Under the pieces are notes generated by a model. That model had not been told where the DNA came from and searched no databases. It was given only the letters and a program-made list of their open reading frames with translations. From assembly GCA_977017645.1 (NCBI GenBank), contig OZ360224.1:151156001-151220000 (forward strand): 64,000 nt of DNA, given 5' to 3'. Source of the stretch: Torpedo marmorata. Its lineage: Eukaryota. The translations under genes and the position numbers were made by a program. Positions 34,329 through 47,755 of the stretch are shown here, piece after piece (position 1 is the first letter of the stretch; each line of letters opens with the position of its first letter).

Positions 34329-37300
34329 CTAATGAAACAATAAAGATCAAAGTGCATGGAGTTGTTACAACAATTACTGTATTGGGGGCGTGGTGTGATG
34401 GCGTAGGTTGGAGACGTGGGAATACACCTCTCCCTACAGAATTAATCAAAAACTGTACAAAAAAAAACTTTATTTGGTTATTAAAGAAGTTAAGATCATT
34501 TGTTAACTACTGAAGAATGTCTATAAGAAAAGGGAAAGGACAAAAGTCAAAGAAAATAGTGCTTAAAGAAAGTCTAATTCAAGAAGAAGTTCGGCCTACC
34601 TCAGTGATAGAGCTGCGGGATCAGGTTTCTCTCCCTCCCAGGACGACACGGACGAGGACGCCTAAGGTAAATGCAGCACCAGCGCCACCTTCCCGGGGAG
34701 CTGGGGAAGATGGCGCCGGAGCTCGAAGGAAGACTAAGGAACTACAACGGGAGAGTGAACGACCGCGCATGTGCGAAAAAGAACGGGAGCTGTCAACTTA
34801 CGTTGACAGCAAAAGAAGAGTCCTTCAATCATTTCAATATGATGCCGGACAAGAATTGTCATCATCAACGGAATCAGAGGACAAAAGGAGAGAGAAAGAA
34901 ATATATGAAGAAGTGGAGGGAGAAACAGAAGAGATGGAGGGAGAGGATGAAGAATTAAGTGGAGGAGAGGAAACTCAAATACTTCAAGGTAAACAAGAAA
35001 TATCAGTTACTTTTATTCAAGCTATGGATAAATTAACAAAACAAGTGTCAATAATGAATCAACGCATGGAATATAGATTTAATGAAGTTCAGGAAGAAAT
35101 GAAAGACATTAAACATGATATGAAAAAATATACAAATATTGTGGACAAAGTAATATTGAAAGTACAGAAAATTGAAAAGGATGTTAAAGAACATTATGAA
35201 GAAATGGTGGACTGTAAAGATGGAGTGGACAAAGTGGAAGACTCATTTACAGGCTGGGAGCAACAAAGAAATGAACTTTTACAAAAAAATAGATACATTG
35301 GAGAATCATAGTTGGAGAAATAATGTTAAAATTGTGGGATTGCCCGAAGATTATGAAGGGATTAATTCAACTGAATTCTTTCAAAACTAGATTCCAAAAA
35401 TTTTAGGGAGTGAATATTTTCCAAGTGGACTTGAATTAGATAAAGCCCATAGAGATAACAGAAGGAAACCATATCCTGGACAAATGCCACGCTCAGTGTT
35501 AATTAGATGTCTTTGTTACCAGGATAAAGAGAAGATACTGAGATTAGCTGTTCAAAATGCTAGAAAGAACCAGGATCCATTGATGATCAATAAAAATAGG
35601 GGTTTTTTTTATGCTGATCTAAGCGCAGCAATAATTAAAAAACGAAAAGAATTTAACCCACCCAAAGCAATTTTTTTGGAACAAAGGATATAAATTTTCA
35701 TTTAGATATCCTGTGACATTGAAGGTACAGTCTGGAGAGAATCAGTCATTTTTTTATACTGATCATCAAGAAGCTTTGAAGTATGCGAATTCACTCCTAA
35801 ATTTACAGAAAGATCAAGAATTGATTGGGCTACCTCAAGTTATTATGGAACTGACTCAGGACTTGTTTCCAACAAGAGAGAAATTTCAAGTAACTTCAGG
35901 ACAAGAAGATGTAGTTGAAATAGATGATGATCAAGTTAACAGAGAACTTGAAAATGCTGGATTGGGATGGAGAAACGATAGCAAATGTTATGTAAAATCT
36001 GTTTGGAGGGGTGGACGTTGTGTCTTCTCCGCACCTAACCACACGTCACCTTAGTGGCGAGGGCCACTTCCCGAACAGTAGAGGGTGGTAGTACTGGTAT
36101 AAATATACCAGCATTATAATTTTTTTTTCTCTTTCATTTTCTTTTTTAAATATAGTGGGATTTTTAACTTTTTTATTTCTTCCTTTTCTTTCTTTTCTAA
36201 GGAGATGTCAAATATATTACAAATGTGGAAGGGGGGACCAGTCAGTCAGATAGAGAGAGATTTATTAAATATTAGAAATGGCAGATAGTAGATCAATAAA
36301 TGTAGTAAGTATCAATATATATGGGCTAAATAATTCGATTAAAAGGAAGAAAACTTTAGCATATATTGAAAAATTAAAAGTTGATAGAGCTTTTTTTACA
36401 TGAGACACATTTGACAGAAATAGAACATCAGAAGTTGAAAAGAGAATGGGTTGGTCAAGTGGTAGCGTCTTCATTTAATTCTAAAGCAAAAGGAGTTGCT
36501 ATATTAATTAATAAAAAGTTACCTTTTAAAATACAATCTGTGGTTATAGATGTTGCAGGAAGATTTATCTTAATAAATTGTCAAATATATTCAGAAATGT
36601 GGACACTTATGAATATATATGTGCCAAATACGGAAGATGAACAATTTATTCAAGACTCTTTTATGTACTTGTCAGAAGCAAATGATAATATTTAATTGGT
36701 GGAGATTTTAATTGTTGTTTAGATCCAATAATGGATAAAATATCGAAATCAATTATCAGAACTAAAACTGCTAAAAGAATTCTTACTTTGATGAAAGATT
36801 TGAATTTAATAGATATTTGGAGGAAGTTGAATCCAAAAGAAAAAGACTATTCCTTTTATTCTTTTAGATGTGATTCTTATTCTAGAATAGGCATGTTTTT
36901 ATTGTCATCACAATTAGAAGAGAGGGTGACTCAAGCGCAATATAAAGCTAGAATAATCTCTGATCATTCACCTCTTTTAATGTCATGTATAGCACTAGTA
37001 TTAACATTAGATGCCGAAAAGGCTTTTGATAGATTAGAATGGAATTATTTATTTAAAGTGTTAAAAAAAATTGGTTTTGGAACTACATTTATTAATTGGA
37101 TTAAAACTATATATAAAGAACCCTCTGCCAGAGTGGTGACAAATGGACACATTTCTTCAAAATTTTTGTTGACTAGGTCAACTAGACAAGGATGCCCTTT
37201 GTCGCCAGCATTGTTTATTTTAGCAATAGAACATTTAGCAGAATTAATTAGACAAGATATTAAGATTGTAGGTATTAAAGTTGGAAAAGAGGAAAATAAA

Positions 37301-38659
37301 ATTAGTTTATTTGCAGATGATGTATTGAGTAACATGACAAAACCTATTAATTCTTTAACACAATTGACTGTTTTATTGAGAGAATATGGGGAAATATCTG
37401 GTTATAAGATTAATTCTGATAAAAGTGAAATTATGACATTAACACAAGGAGACTATAATAAATGTAAAGAAATTACACGATTAAATGGTCAAATAATGGA
37501 ATTAAATATTTGGGAATAAAAATAGATACAAAATTAGGTAATTTATATAAATTAAATTATTTACCATTATTTAATCATATTAAAAAGGATTGAGTTGGAA
37601 AGATTTACCTATAACTTTAATAGGAAGGGTAAATTGTATCAAAATGAATGTTTTTCCAAGAATTCAATATCTTTTTCAATCAATTCCTTATGAAATTCCT
37701 CGAAAAATCTTTAAGGATTTAAATTTAATTATTAGGAAATATTTGTGGAAGGGAAAGTTGGCCAGAGTAGGTATGGAGAAATTAACTTGGAATTATGAAA
37801 TGGGAGGTTTATAACTTCCCAATTTTCAAAATTATTATAAGGCAGCTCAATTAAAATTCATTAATGAAATGTTTGATTTAGTAAAATCTTCTGCTTGGAT
37901 TAGAATAGAATTAAATAATATAGGAGAGGATTCGAAAGAAGAGGTTATTTATAAATGGAATTCTAAATTATTATTAAGGGGAGGTAAAAATTCTCCTATT
38001 TTAAAACATTTATTAGAAATATGGAATAAAGTTGATAGGGAGATAGGAGGGAAAGGGTTAATTTCTTGTACAACGCCTTTATATCAAAATAAACTTATCC
38101 CATTTATTATTGATAATCAATTGTTTAACATTTGGTTTCAAAAATGGGATTAAAAAAGTGAATGATTGTTTTAAAGCTAGTAAATGTATTACTTTTCAAA
38201 GATTGAAAGAGAAGTTTAATGTATTAAATAAAACACTTTTTGCTTATTATCAAATAAGAACATTTTTAGTTGAAAAGTTAGGTCATAGTTTAATTTTACC
38301 AAGCCAAAGTGAATTGGAATTATTAGTTACTAATGGGGGTATAAATAAATTTATTTCTCAAATGTATAGATTGTTACAGAAAAAATGGCTAAACCAGGAA
38401 TTCATAAATCAAGATTAAAATGGGAATCAGATTTGAATGTAACAATAGATGAAGAACATTGGAAAGAAATATGTAAACAAAGTATGATGAAAATTATTAA
38501 TGTTAGAAAAAGGTTAGTGCAAAACAACTTTTTGCATCAATTATATTTAACGCCTAAGAAACTAAAGAAATTTAATTCGAGATTATCAGACTTATGTTTT
38601 AGATGTAATAGAGAGGAAGGCTCTTTTGTACATTCTTCGTAGCTTTGTCCAAAGATACA

Positions 38660-41342
38660 AATGCTAGAGAAACTCAGCAGGTCAAACAGTGTCTTTTATG
38701 TAGCAACGGTAGAAATACATAACCGACGTTTCGGGCTTGAGCCCTTCATCAAAGTACCCCAACCCCCCTCCTCCTCCCTCCAACCTCCCCCACCCTCCAC
38801 CTCCCCCCTCTGACCACCCCAACCCTCCCCCTCCCCCCTCCACAACACCGATCCCCACTCTCACCCCTACTTGGTTTTTACTATCCCCTCTGACCTTCCC
38901 CTCTCTGAGACGGAGCGTGCGGCCCTCAGTAGAGGACTCACCTTCGTCCCCCTCCGCCAACACCTCAACGAGTTCTGCGCAAGCCGCGATGCCGAACTCT
39001 TCTTCCGTCGCCTCCGCCTCCGGGCTCACTGCCGTGACTGTAACTCTCCACCCCCACCCAAGACCCTTTCTCCCGCTTCAAGCCTTCTTCCTCTTCCTGG
39101 ACACCTCATCCTTGCCAGCTGCTCGCTCTGGACCTTTTTATTTCCAACTGCCGCCGAGACATCAACCGTCTCAACTTCTCCACCCTCCTCTCGTATTCCA
39201 ACCTCACCTCCTCAGAACGCTCTGCCCTCCACTCTCTCCGCAACAATCACAACCTCACCATCAAACCCGCAGACAAGGGCGGTGCAGTTGTGGTCTGGCG
39301 CACTGACCTCTACTTTGCCGAGGCCAGTCGACAGCTCTCAGACACCACCTCCTACCGACCCCTCCCACAGGACCCCACCACTGCACATCAAGCCACTGTC
39401 TCCAACACCATCTCCGTCCTCATCACCTGCGGTCACCTCCCCTCCACGGCCACCAACCTCATTCTCCCCCACCCCCACACTGCCCGTTTCTACCTTCTAC
39501 CCAAAATACACAAACCCAACCATCCGGGCAGACCCATTGTTTCTGCCTGCTCCTGCCCCACCGAACTAGTTTCATCTTACCTTGACTCCATCTTTTCTCC
39601 CCTGGTCCAATCCCTCCCCACCTACATCCGCGACACCTCACATGCCCTCCATCTCCTCAATGACTTCAGATTCCCTGAACCGGACCGCATCATCTTCACC
39701 ATGGATGTCCAATCCCTTTATACCTCTATCCCCCACACAGGTCTGAAAGCACTTCGCTTCTTCCTGGACCAAAGACCCGACCAGTCACCCTCTACCATCA
39801 CCCTCCTCCGCCTGGCAGAACTTGTCCTCACTCTCAATAACTTCTCCTTCAACTCATCCCACTTCCTCCAAATCAAAGGAGTAGCCATGGGTACCCGCAT
39901 GGGTCCCAGCTACGCCTGCCTGTTTGTGGGCTTTGTGGAGCAATCCATGCTGCAAGCCTACACAGGCAAGACCCCTCATCTCTTCCTCTGTTATATCGAC
40001 GACTACAACGGGGCTGCGTCATGCACCCGCGATGAGCTTGTCAACTTCATCCACTTCGCATCCAACTTCCACCACGATCTCAAACTCACCTGGTCCATCT
40101 CCGATAACACTCTCCCCTCCCTGGATCTCTCTGTCTCCATCTCAGGAGACAAGCTTTCCACCGACATTTACTCCAAACCCTCCAACTCCCACAACTATCT
40201 GGACTACACTTCCTCACACCCTGTCCCCTGCAAGGATTCCATCCCCTTCTCTCAATTTCTCCATCTCCGCCGCATCTGTTCCCAAGATGAGGTCTTCCAC
40301 TCCAGATCTTCTGAAATGTCTGCCTTCTTCCACAAACGTGGCTTCCCCTCCACCACCATCAACTCAGCCCTCACCCGCATCTCCTCCATTTCCCGCTCAT
40401 CTGCCCTGGCCCCCTCTGCCCCCAGACGCAACAAACATAGAATCCCCCTCATCCTCACCTACCACTCCACCAGCCTCCGCATCCAACACATTATCCGCCG
40501 GAATTTCCGGCACTTACTACAAGATCCCACCACCAAACACATTTTCCTTATCCTCCCCTGTCGGCCTTCCGCAGGGACCGCTCCCTCCGCGATTCACTCG
40601 TGCACTCATCCCTCCCCACCCATCGCACCCCAGCACCTTCCCCTGTGCCCGAAGGAGGTGCAACACCTGCGCCCACACCTCCCCCCTCACCACGGTCCGG
40701 GGCCCCAAACAGGCCTTTCAAGTGAAACTACACTTCACGTACATCCAGAGAACTTATTTACTACCCTTTGTGGCTTTCTCTACATCGGAGAGACCGGTCG
40801 TAGATTGGGAGATCGCTTTGCTGAGCACCTCCTCTCCGTCCGCAACAACAGCGACCTCCCAGTAGCCAGCCATTTCAATTCCGAGTCACACTCCCACACT
40901 CACATGTCTGTTCATGGCCTTATGTACTATCCCACCCAGACTACCCGCAAATTGGAGGAACAACATCTCATTTTCCGTCTGGGCACTCTCCAGCCAGATG
41001 ACATTAACATTGACTTTTCTGCTTTCCACTAAACCTGCTTGTCGTTTCCTTCCTGTTTTTTTCCACCCACTCAGCCATCCCTCCTCCCCCTCTTTGCTGC
41101 TGTCTCCTCTCTCCTTTCTCCACCTATCATCTCCTGCCTTTGCCACCCCCCTTCCCCATCTCACTCTTTTGTTCGGACGCCTGCCGGCATTTTCTCATAC
41201 TTTGATGAAGGGCTCAAGCCCGAAACGTCGGTTATGTATTTCTACCTTTGCTACAGAAAAGTCACTGTTTGACGTGCTAAGTTTCTCCAGCATTTGTGTT
41301 TTTTACTTCAACCACGGTGTCTACAGATTTTCTTGTTTTACT
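38660..41342 (+). mobile_element. Penelope-like element (RT + GIY-YIG) with an inverted 5' pLTR piece
   Basis: 16-bp TSD tttgtccaaagataca (38644-38659 and 41343-41358); LPKIHK, GRPIVS, DVQSLYTSIP, GVAMG, YIDD, YIGETGR; frameshifts present. Confidence 0.92.
41196..41238 (+). ncRNA. Minimal hammerhead-ribozyme-like motif in the Penelope pLTR
   Basis: catac-tTTGATGA-a-GGGC-tcaa-GCCC-GAAA-cg-TC-ggttatg; identical core inverted at 38715-38756. Confidence 0.6.
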
Positions 41343-41981
41343 TTTGTCCAAAGATACATGCTTTTTGGCTGAAAGTTAAAAGTTTTTAACATAAAGTATT
41401 AAGAATTACACTCCCAATGAATCCTATGATATTTTTGTTTGGAGATATTAAAAGAATTAGTATTAAAATGAGATTAAATATGTATCAAATAGAATTATTG
41501 CGAATTGCTTTAGCTGTTTCAAAGAAATGCATTGCTATTACATGGAAGTATGATGTAGATTTAGGGTAAGAAAGATGGCATGCAGAACTTCGATCATGTA
41601 TACCACTTGAAAAAATTACTTATAATTTACGTAATAAATATAATTTATTTTTGAAAATATGGAGCCCATATATAAAGACTGTGGGTTTAAGGATTTGAGG
41701 ATCTCTCGATATCAGGTCTGACTGGTGAACCTTTGTTCCACAATAAAATTAATGGAGAGTTGTTCTTTTTTAGACTGACATTCTCCAAATTCTTTTCTTT
41801 TTTTCTTTCTTTCTATATTATTAGAGTAGTAGGGGTGGGTGGGTTCGGGAGGGGGAAGGGAGAGAGGGGAGGGTGAAAATATATAACATGTATTCTGATA
41901 ATTTTGTATTTTATAAACAAGTATTATCGTGTGATTTAAAATTTTAAATAAAATATTTTAAAAATAAAAAAAAAACAATTA

Positions 41982-42972
41982 CTGTATTTACTCATGTAAT
42001 CATCAAATTTCTTGGACCACTTTTTCAGGCCAAAAAAAGGGGATAGACTTTTACACGGGTCAAACTTTTGACCTCCTAAGTACCTGCGTCGTTCAAGGCA
42101 TCAGGAGCTCGGATGGCCGGGACCTGGTGATAAGTCCACAGTCAGGGCGTTGGGAGCTTGGATGGGCAGGCGGCCGGGTTGTCGGGTGTTCGACTGGACG
42201 GGCAGCCGGGGCGAGGATCCGCAGTCGGGAGCTCGGATGGGGGGGGAGCGGGCAGTCGGGAGCTCGGATGGGGGGGGAGCGGCCAGGGTGTCAGGAGTTC
42301 GGATGGGCAGACAGCTGAGGCGAGGATAAGCGATCGGGAGCTCGGATGGGCGGACGGCAGGGGCATTAGGAGTTCAGATCCGTGGTCTGGAGCTCGGATG
42401 GGCGGGCGGCCGGGGAGTCGGGAGTTCAGATGGGCGTGCAGCTGGGGCGAGGGCCTGCTGTCGGAAGCTCCGGTGGGCGGACGGGCGGCTTGGACGAGGG
42501 TCCGCTGTCGGGGCGTCAGGAGCTCCAGTGAGCGGGCGGCTGGGTGACAGTCCGCTGTCGGGCTGTCGGGAGCTCAGGTGGGTGGGCGGCCGAGGCGTTG
42601 GGAGCTCCGGCGGGCTGCCGAGGCGTCAGGAGCTCTGGTGGGCGGGCGGCCGAGGCGTCGGGATCTCCAGTGGGCAGGCGGCCGAGGCGTCGGGAGCTCC
42701 GGTGGGCGAGCGGCTGAGGCGTCGGGAGCTTCGGTGGGCAGACGGCCGAGCTGTTGGGAGCTCCGGTGGGTGGGCGGCCGGGGTGCCAGGAGCTCCAGTT
42801 GGCAGGCGGCCAGGGCGAAGGTTCGCTGTCAGGGCATCGGGAGCTCGGATGGGCGGATGGTTGGGGCTGAAAATAGGGGGTCGACGTTTACATGTTTTTT
42901 ACAAAAACACCCGATTTTTGGGCCAAAAAAAAGGGGGGTCCACTATTACACGGTATCGACGAGTATATATGG
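41982..42972. mobile_element. pogo-type MITE (family 3), inverted relative to 30837-31634
   Basis: Termini ctgtatttactcatgtaat / gagtatatatgg; ggagctcggatgggcggg array. Confidence 0.8.
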
Positions 42973-43229
42973 CAAGTTTAAAATGTAATAACCCTTTTTT
43001 ATCATTGAATATCATTTATTTGTTCAAAGTTAACTCACATTCATTATCTCAAGGTACAGATAACTAAAAGCCTGAATGGAATTTGTTTGCCTTTTAAAAT
43101 ACATTTTATATTCTTAAACTTCATTTGTTTGGAGCAGTTTTGTGTCATCGATAAATACAAATAAGGCCCCTAATTATAGTTCACGCTGTATTTTCATTCT
43201 TTCCTTATTGTTACAACAAATGGATATAT

Positions 43230-44060
43230 TAGGCATAAATGGAACGGAAATAAAAAGGAATGGGATAAGGTAGGTAAAGATCTGACAAATGGAATATGGT
43301 GCAGGAAAATTTGAAATTGTCGACTTTGGCAAGAAAAAACAAAGGCATATTAACTAAAGGGTGAGAGAAGAGAGCTTTGAGATGCAGAGTGTTCTGGATG
43401 ACCCAGTGCATAAATATCAGATGGTTTATATTGAGGTACACAAGTAATTCGGAAATCCAACAGAATGTGAGAACTTATTATGAAGCTAATTAAATGCAGA
43501 TATAAGATTTTGTTTCAATTATATAGGGTATTAATGTGACCAAATCTGAAGTACTCGGTATATTGTGGATCTCTTTATTTATAGAAAGATGTTAATGCCT
43601 TAGAAGCAATTCAGAGTAGATTTACTAGACTGTCCTAATACTGTTTTAGGATGCAAGTTGGACAGGACAGGATTATATCCACTGGAGTGTAGAAGGGCAA
43701 GGGGAAATTTGATCACAACTAAAGATCCTGAGAAATCTTGACAGGATGATGTGGAGAGGATGCTTCCTTCTGTGGTAAAATCTAGACACTTTAAAAGTAA
43801 CATTACCAACTTTAGACACAGATATTTTTTTCCTCCCATAAATAATGGGAACTCTCCTCCTTAAAGGACAGTGAAGGCAAAGTCCTTGAAAATATTTAAG
43901 GCAGAAGTAGATAGATATGTGATAAGAAAAAAGGTGAAAGATTACTGCAGGTAAACAAGAATGCAGAGCAGGGGTTATAATTAGATTACCCATGATCTTA
44001 TTTAATAGCAGAGCAAGCTTGAGAGGTCAAAAGGTCCACTCCTGTTCCTAATTCATCTGT
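43230..44060 (+). mobile_element. Highly degenerate CR1-type LINE 3' part
   Basis: Remnants resembling the CR1 RT C-terminus (gactttggcaagaaaaac, tttaaggcagaagtagataga); no ORF. Confidence 0.55.
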
Positions 44061-44637
44061 ACATTCATACATATTGATATCATTTCCAACCTTGGGGATG
44101 CAATTAAATTTAATGTTGTGAAAATATTTCACCTCTCAGAAAATTACAGAAATTTCCTGCACATTTCAAGATTAAAATAGGAAAAGAGAGCCAGAGGGAG
44201 ATGAGCAAAGGAAGCACATTCATAGAGTGCTTAAAGTGAAGAGCATATAAAAGCTGAAGGCCAGTGCATTATATCACCATAGTTTACATCAGGTGCAGTA
44301 TTCAGGCACTAGTTGTCACGTTTCAGTTACGATGTTTCTGTCACATTATTAAAAATCCTGTGGCAATTACTGTTTATCTTGGAAATGAGCCCTAATTGGT
44401 TCACCATCAAATCTCATTGTCAAGTTTGACACCAAGACAGTTAAGTGAGTTATCGATGAATCAAAATCATAAAAATTAGAGATTCTGGATGTTTAAAATC
44501 AAAATAGAAAATGTGCACACAACTCCATTCAAAATATTAACTCTGCTTTTCCTTCCACAGATGCTGCTTGATCTGCTGAGATTTTGCAGCATTTATTATT
44601 TTTATTCAAGTACACATTTATGTTTGATGACCACTAT

Positions 44638-45395
44638 CTAGATCAAGATCCCTTTATTGTCATGTAATAGTACAGAACATGTAATATTACAGAAAATTAA
44701 CTCTGCCTGCCATAAGGCAGACAAAGTCGCCATTAGTGTCACCCGGCACCCTTTACAGTACGAGAGAAAGAGTAAGAGAAGCAAAAGATATTCCCTTCAG
44801 AGTCACTGAGTGTCCGTGGATTTGCCTCCAGAGCTCCCATACTCTCTGCAGCTGCACAGACTCCTGTTCGATCCATCGGCAACCCAAATTCCAGATCCAA
44901 ACCTCTGACATGATCAGGAAGCCTTCAGTGCCTCAGCACCCTCTTGAATCCCGCTTCCGATACCTGGTTTCCATGAGCCAGTATCCAGCAGCCCGAAACC
45001 TGTGTGGGTTCCCCGACCACAAGTCGCCTGTTGGGTTCCTTCAGCCACTGAGCCCCTCGCTGGTCCATCGTGGTGGTCACCGTCCGGTAGAGTCGTCTCC
45101 TCTGCTTCTCAATGGGGAGTGCTCTCTCCCATTTCTGGTGCCCTGCTCCCTGAAGTCTGTAACCCCTAGTGGCCATTGTCGAGCACAGGTGCCATCATCT
45201 TGGGCACAGACCCGTGTTTGCAGGATTTTAGTTTGAAAACACCGTCGGCTCCTCTAACAGGCCATTTAATGTCTGTACGGAAGCGCCGACATTGGGCCCA
45301 GCCGGTTGAACACTTCGGAGCAGCGCTGTGTCTCCGCTCTGCTCTGCCAGGTCCACACCAGCGGCAGCGCTGTCATTACAGCAGCGCTGCCATTT
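44638..45395 (-). mobile_element. Non-coding retroposon with a Rex1-like 3' tail (SINE-like)
   Basis: tttattgtcat plus a short (gatc) repeat end, as in the Rex1 tails at 5310 and 52395; GC-rich body; no RT. Confidence 0.45.
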
Positions 45396-45709
45396 GTTTT
45401 CTAAGGAAACATCTTCAAACTATTCTACTAGTCATTTCACTGCCACTGAAAAAGAATGAATTCCAAGTGATTTTTTGTAAGCAATGACAGAACAGTATCA
45501 TCAGCATGCACTTTTCTGAGTCAATTTGAATCTCTGCACAGCAAAGATATAAGGGTTAGGCTTAAAGCTTCAGTACATGGGATTTCAAATTAAATTACTT
45601 GAGTAAGGCAAATAAAATCTGGAATACTATATAGTTAACAGGGCTCCTCTGCCATGCAATGTTTAACATAATCCAATTAAAAAAATAGTTGATGGGCTGG
45701 AAATATATA

Positions 45710-46078
45710 CAGGGAGTGCCCGGGTTACGAACGTCCGACACGGACAACTCGTACGTATGAACAAATTGTGCCCCCAATTCGCGCATGCGCCCCCAATTCG
45801 CGCATGCGCATAATGTTTCCTCACGAATGCCCCTTCCGGTATGCAAGACATCGATGGAACGAGAGTAAGTGTTAACTTTTAATCATGATCTTTTTTCTTT
45901 TTTTTTCTATCTAAACTGTTTTAAGAACTGTTTCTTTCATGTTTTTTACAGTACTAAGACAAACATTTGACTAACTGACGCTAAATAAGAACCGTATGTA
46001 CCTGTTCCGACTTATCTACAAATTCGACTTAAAGATAGACGTAGGAACGGATCTCATTTGTAACCCGGGGACTCCCTG
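45710..46078. mobile_element. Tigger-like MITE
   Basis: TA TSD; TIR cagggagtgcccgggttac / gtaacccggggactccctg. Confidence 0.87.
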
Positions 46079-46269
46079 TACATTACAAAAATATCAGCTA
46101 CAAATTTAGAACAAAGGTACAAGCAGCCAAACTACCTCAAAGCCCAAGGGTTAAGATGGTACCTCCACTTCATATATGGTGATATCACTTGCCAAGAACA
46201 CATTTACAAAAAATATTGAACATTTTGATTTCTCTTGGAAGGGGTGGCACTGACCCTTCCAAAAGAGAG

Positions 46270-46830
46270 AGAGAGGAACGTCGCTTGGTGCCATGACAAC
46301 AACCTCTCCCACAATGTCAGCAAGACCAAGGAACTGGTTATAGACATCTGGAAGAGGGGCAGAATTCATGGTTCTGAGGTGGAGATGGTAGATAGCTTTC
46401 CAGTGATTTGACCTGGTCCACGCACGTCAAAGCAATGGGTCAAGAAAGAGTACCAGCATCTCTACTTCCTCAGAAGGCTGAGGGAATTTGACATGACACT
46501 TGCATTCCTCAACAACTTCTACTGGTGCATCATGAAAGCAGGGTGCATAACTGCGTGGTACAGGAAATGCTTCACCCAGATCCACCAGAAACTGCAGAGA
46601 GTCATGAATGTGGCTCAGGCCATCATACAGTACATACCCCCATCGACTCCATCTATATAACTCCCTTTGCTTTGGAAAAGCAGACAATATATTAAAAGAC
46701 TCAAGCCTCCCCGACCACACTCCCTTCAGTCCCTCTTGTTATGAAGAAGATTCATAAGTATGAAATCACATACCACCAGATTAAAGCAGTTTCTCTTCCA
46801 CCATTATCAGGCTCCTTATCATACCTCAAA
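46270..46830 (+). mobile_element. Degenerate Rex1/Babar LINE 3' fragment
   Basis: aagaccaaggaactgg, ctctacttcctcagaaggctgagg (LYFLRRLR). Confidence 0.65.
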
Positions 46831-46929
46831 ATAGTAAAATTATGTTGCCTTTGCTCCATACCAACTGATCTCTCTGTGTAGCTCTGCACTTTTGTACTGT
46901 TTTTTACTTGTGTATTATATACAAGATGT

Positions 46930-47183
46930 GGACGGCACGGTTGGCGTAGCGGTTAGCGCAACGCCTTTACAGCGCCAGCGATCAGGACCGGGGTTCGAAT
47001 CCCCCGCTGTCTGTAAGGAGTTTGTACGTTCTCCCCATGTCTGCGTGGGTTTTCCCCGGGGGCTCCGGTTTCCTCCCACCGTTCAAAACGTACCAGGTTT
47101 GTAGGTTAATTGGGTATAAATTGGGCAGCACGGACTCGTGGGCCGAAATGGCCTGTTACCGTGCTGTATGTCTAAATTAAATT
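46930..47183 (+). mobile_element. Full-length tRNA-derived V-SINE (HE1-like)
   Basis: A box tggcgtagcgg, B box ggttcgaatcc, V-domain gctccggtttcctcccac, (taaat)n tail, TSD aagatgt. Confidence 0.85.
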
Positions 47184-47616
47184 AAGATGTCTAAATGGCC
47201 TGCTTGCAAAACAAATTAATTAAAATGAACTTTTCACAACTATTCAGTGTCATAATCTAGCAACAGTAAAACTGGACAAACAAATATTCAGAACTTTATG
47301 CCACAAGCAAACAGAACCTGATGCGATATATTGGTGAAATGCTTTATTCCACAGATTAGCCAAATTCTGGTTTGATCCCTACAGATTCCTAACCTCAGCT
47401 GCACCTCTGTAACAAAGTTTCGTTTTCAGCAATTTCACTTTTTCTATTAAATCATGGTCAAATCCAGTTACACTTGACACTTAGAATGTCCATCTTAGCA
47501 GTTTCTTAATAGGGTAGTGAGCGAAAAGAATGAGATTTTCCACATCATTTCGGTTAAAACAAAGGATGGAAACTATCAAAAAATTAACATAAAAGAAACC
47601 TCAAGGTAAAGAATAC

Positions 47617-47755
47617 CTTCACTTCCTTCTTCTTCCTCCTCCTCCTCTTCTTCATCTCCTTCACTAGTTTCTTCAACATGAATAGGCATTCCATACATGT
47701 TTCTTCTCAATGGTTTTCTTTTCCTCTTCACTCGGGAATACATATCCATGTTTTC
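47617..47755 (-). CDS. ATAD2B: ATAD2B coding exon
   Basis: tttag/gtattc; ENMDMYSRVKRKRKPLRRNMYGMPIHVEETSEGD followed by a poly-E run. Confidence 0.92.

Larger units (their letters stand above)
34384..41973 (+). mobile_element. Near full-length L1 family A (ORF1 from 34517, ORF2 36278-41698), inactivated, with a Penelope insertion
   Basis: 15-bp TSD aacaattactgtatt (34369-34383 and 41974-41988); ORF1 coiled coil then RNNVKIVGLPE; APE (ETHL, GDFN, SDH); RT QGCPLSP, LFADD; multiple frameshifts. Confidence 0.92.

Noticed and set aside
38737-39306. Proline-rich extensin-like gene
   Set aside because: This is the C-rich low-complexity N-terminal region of the Penelope ORF, inside its TSD.
46930-47010. 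tRNA gene
   Set aside because: The A and B boxes continue into a V-domain and tail with a TSD, so this is a SINE head.
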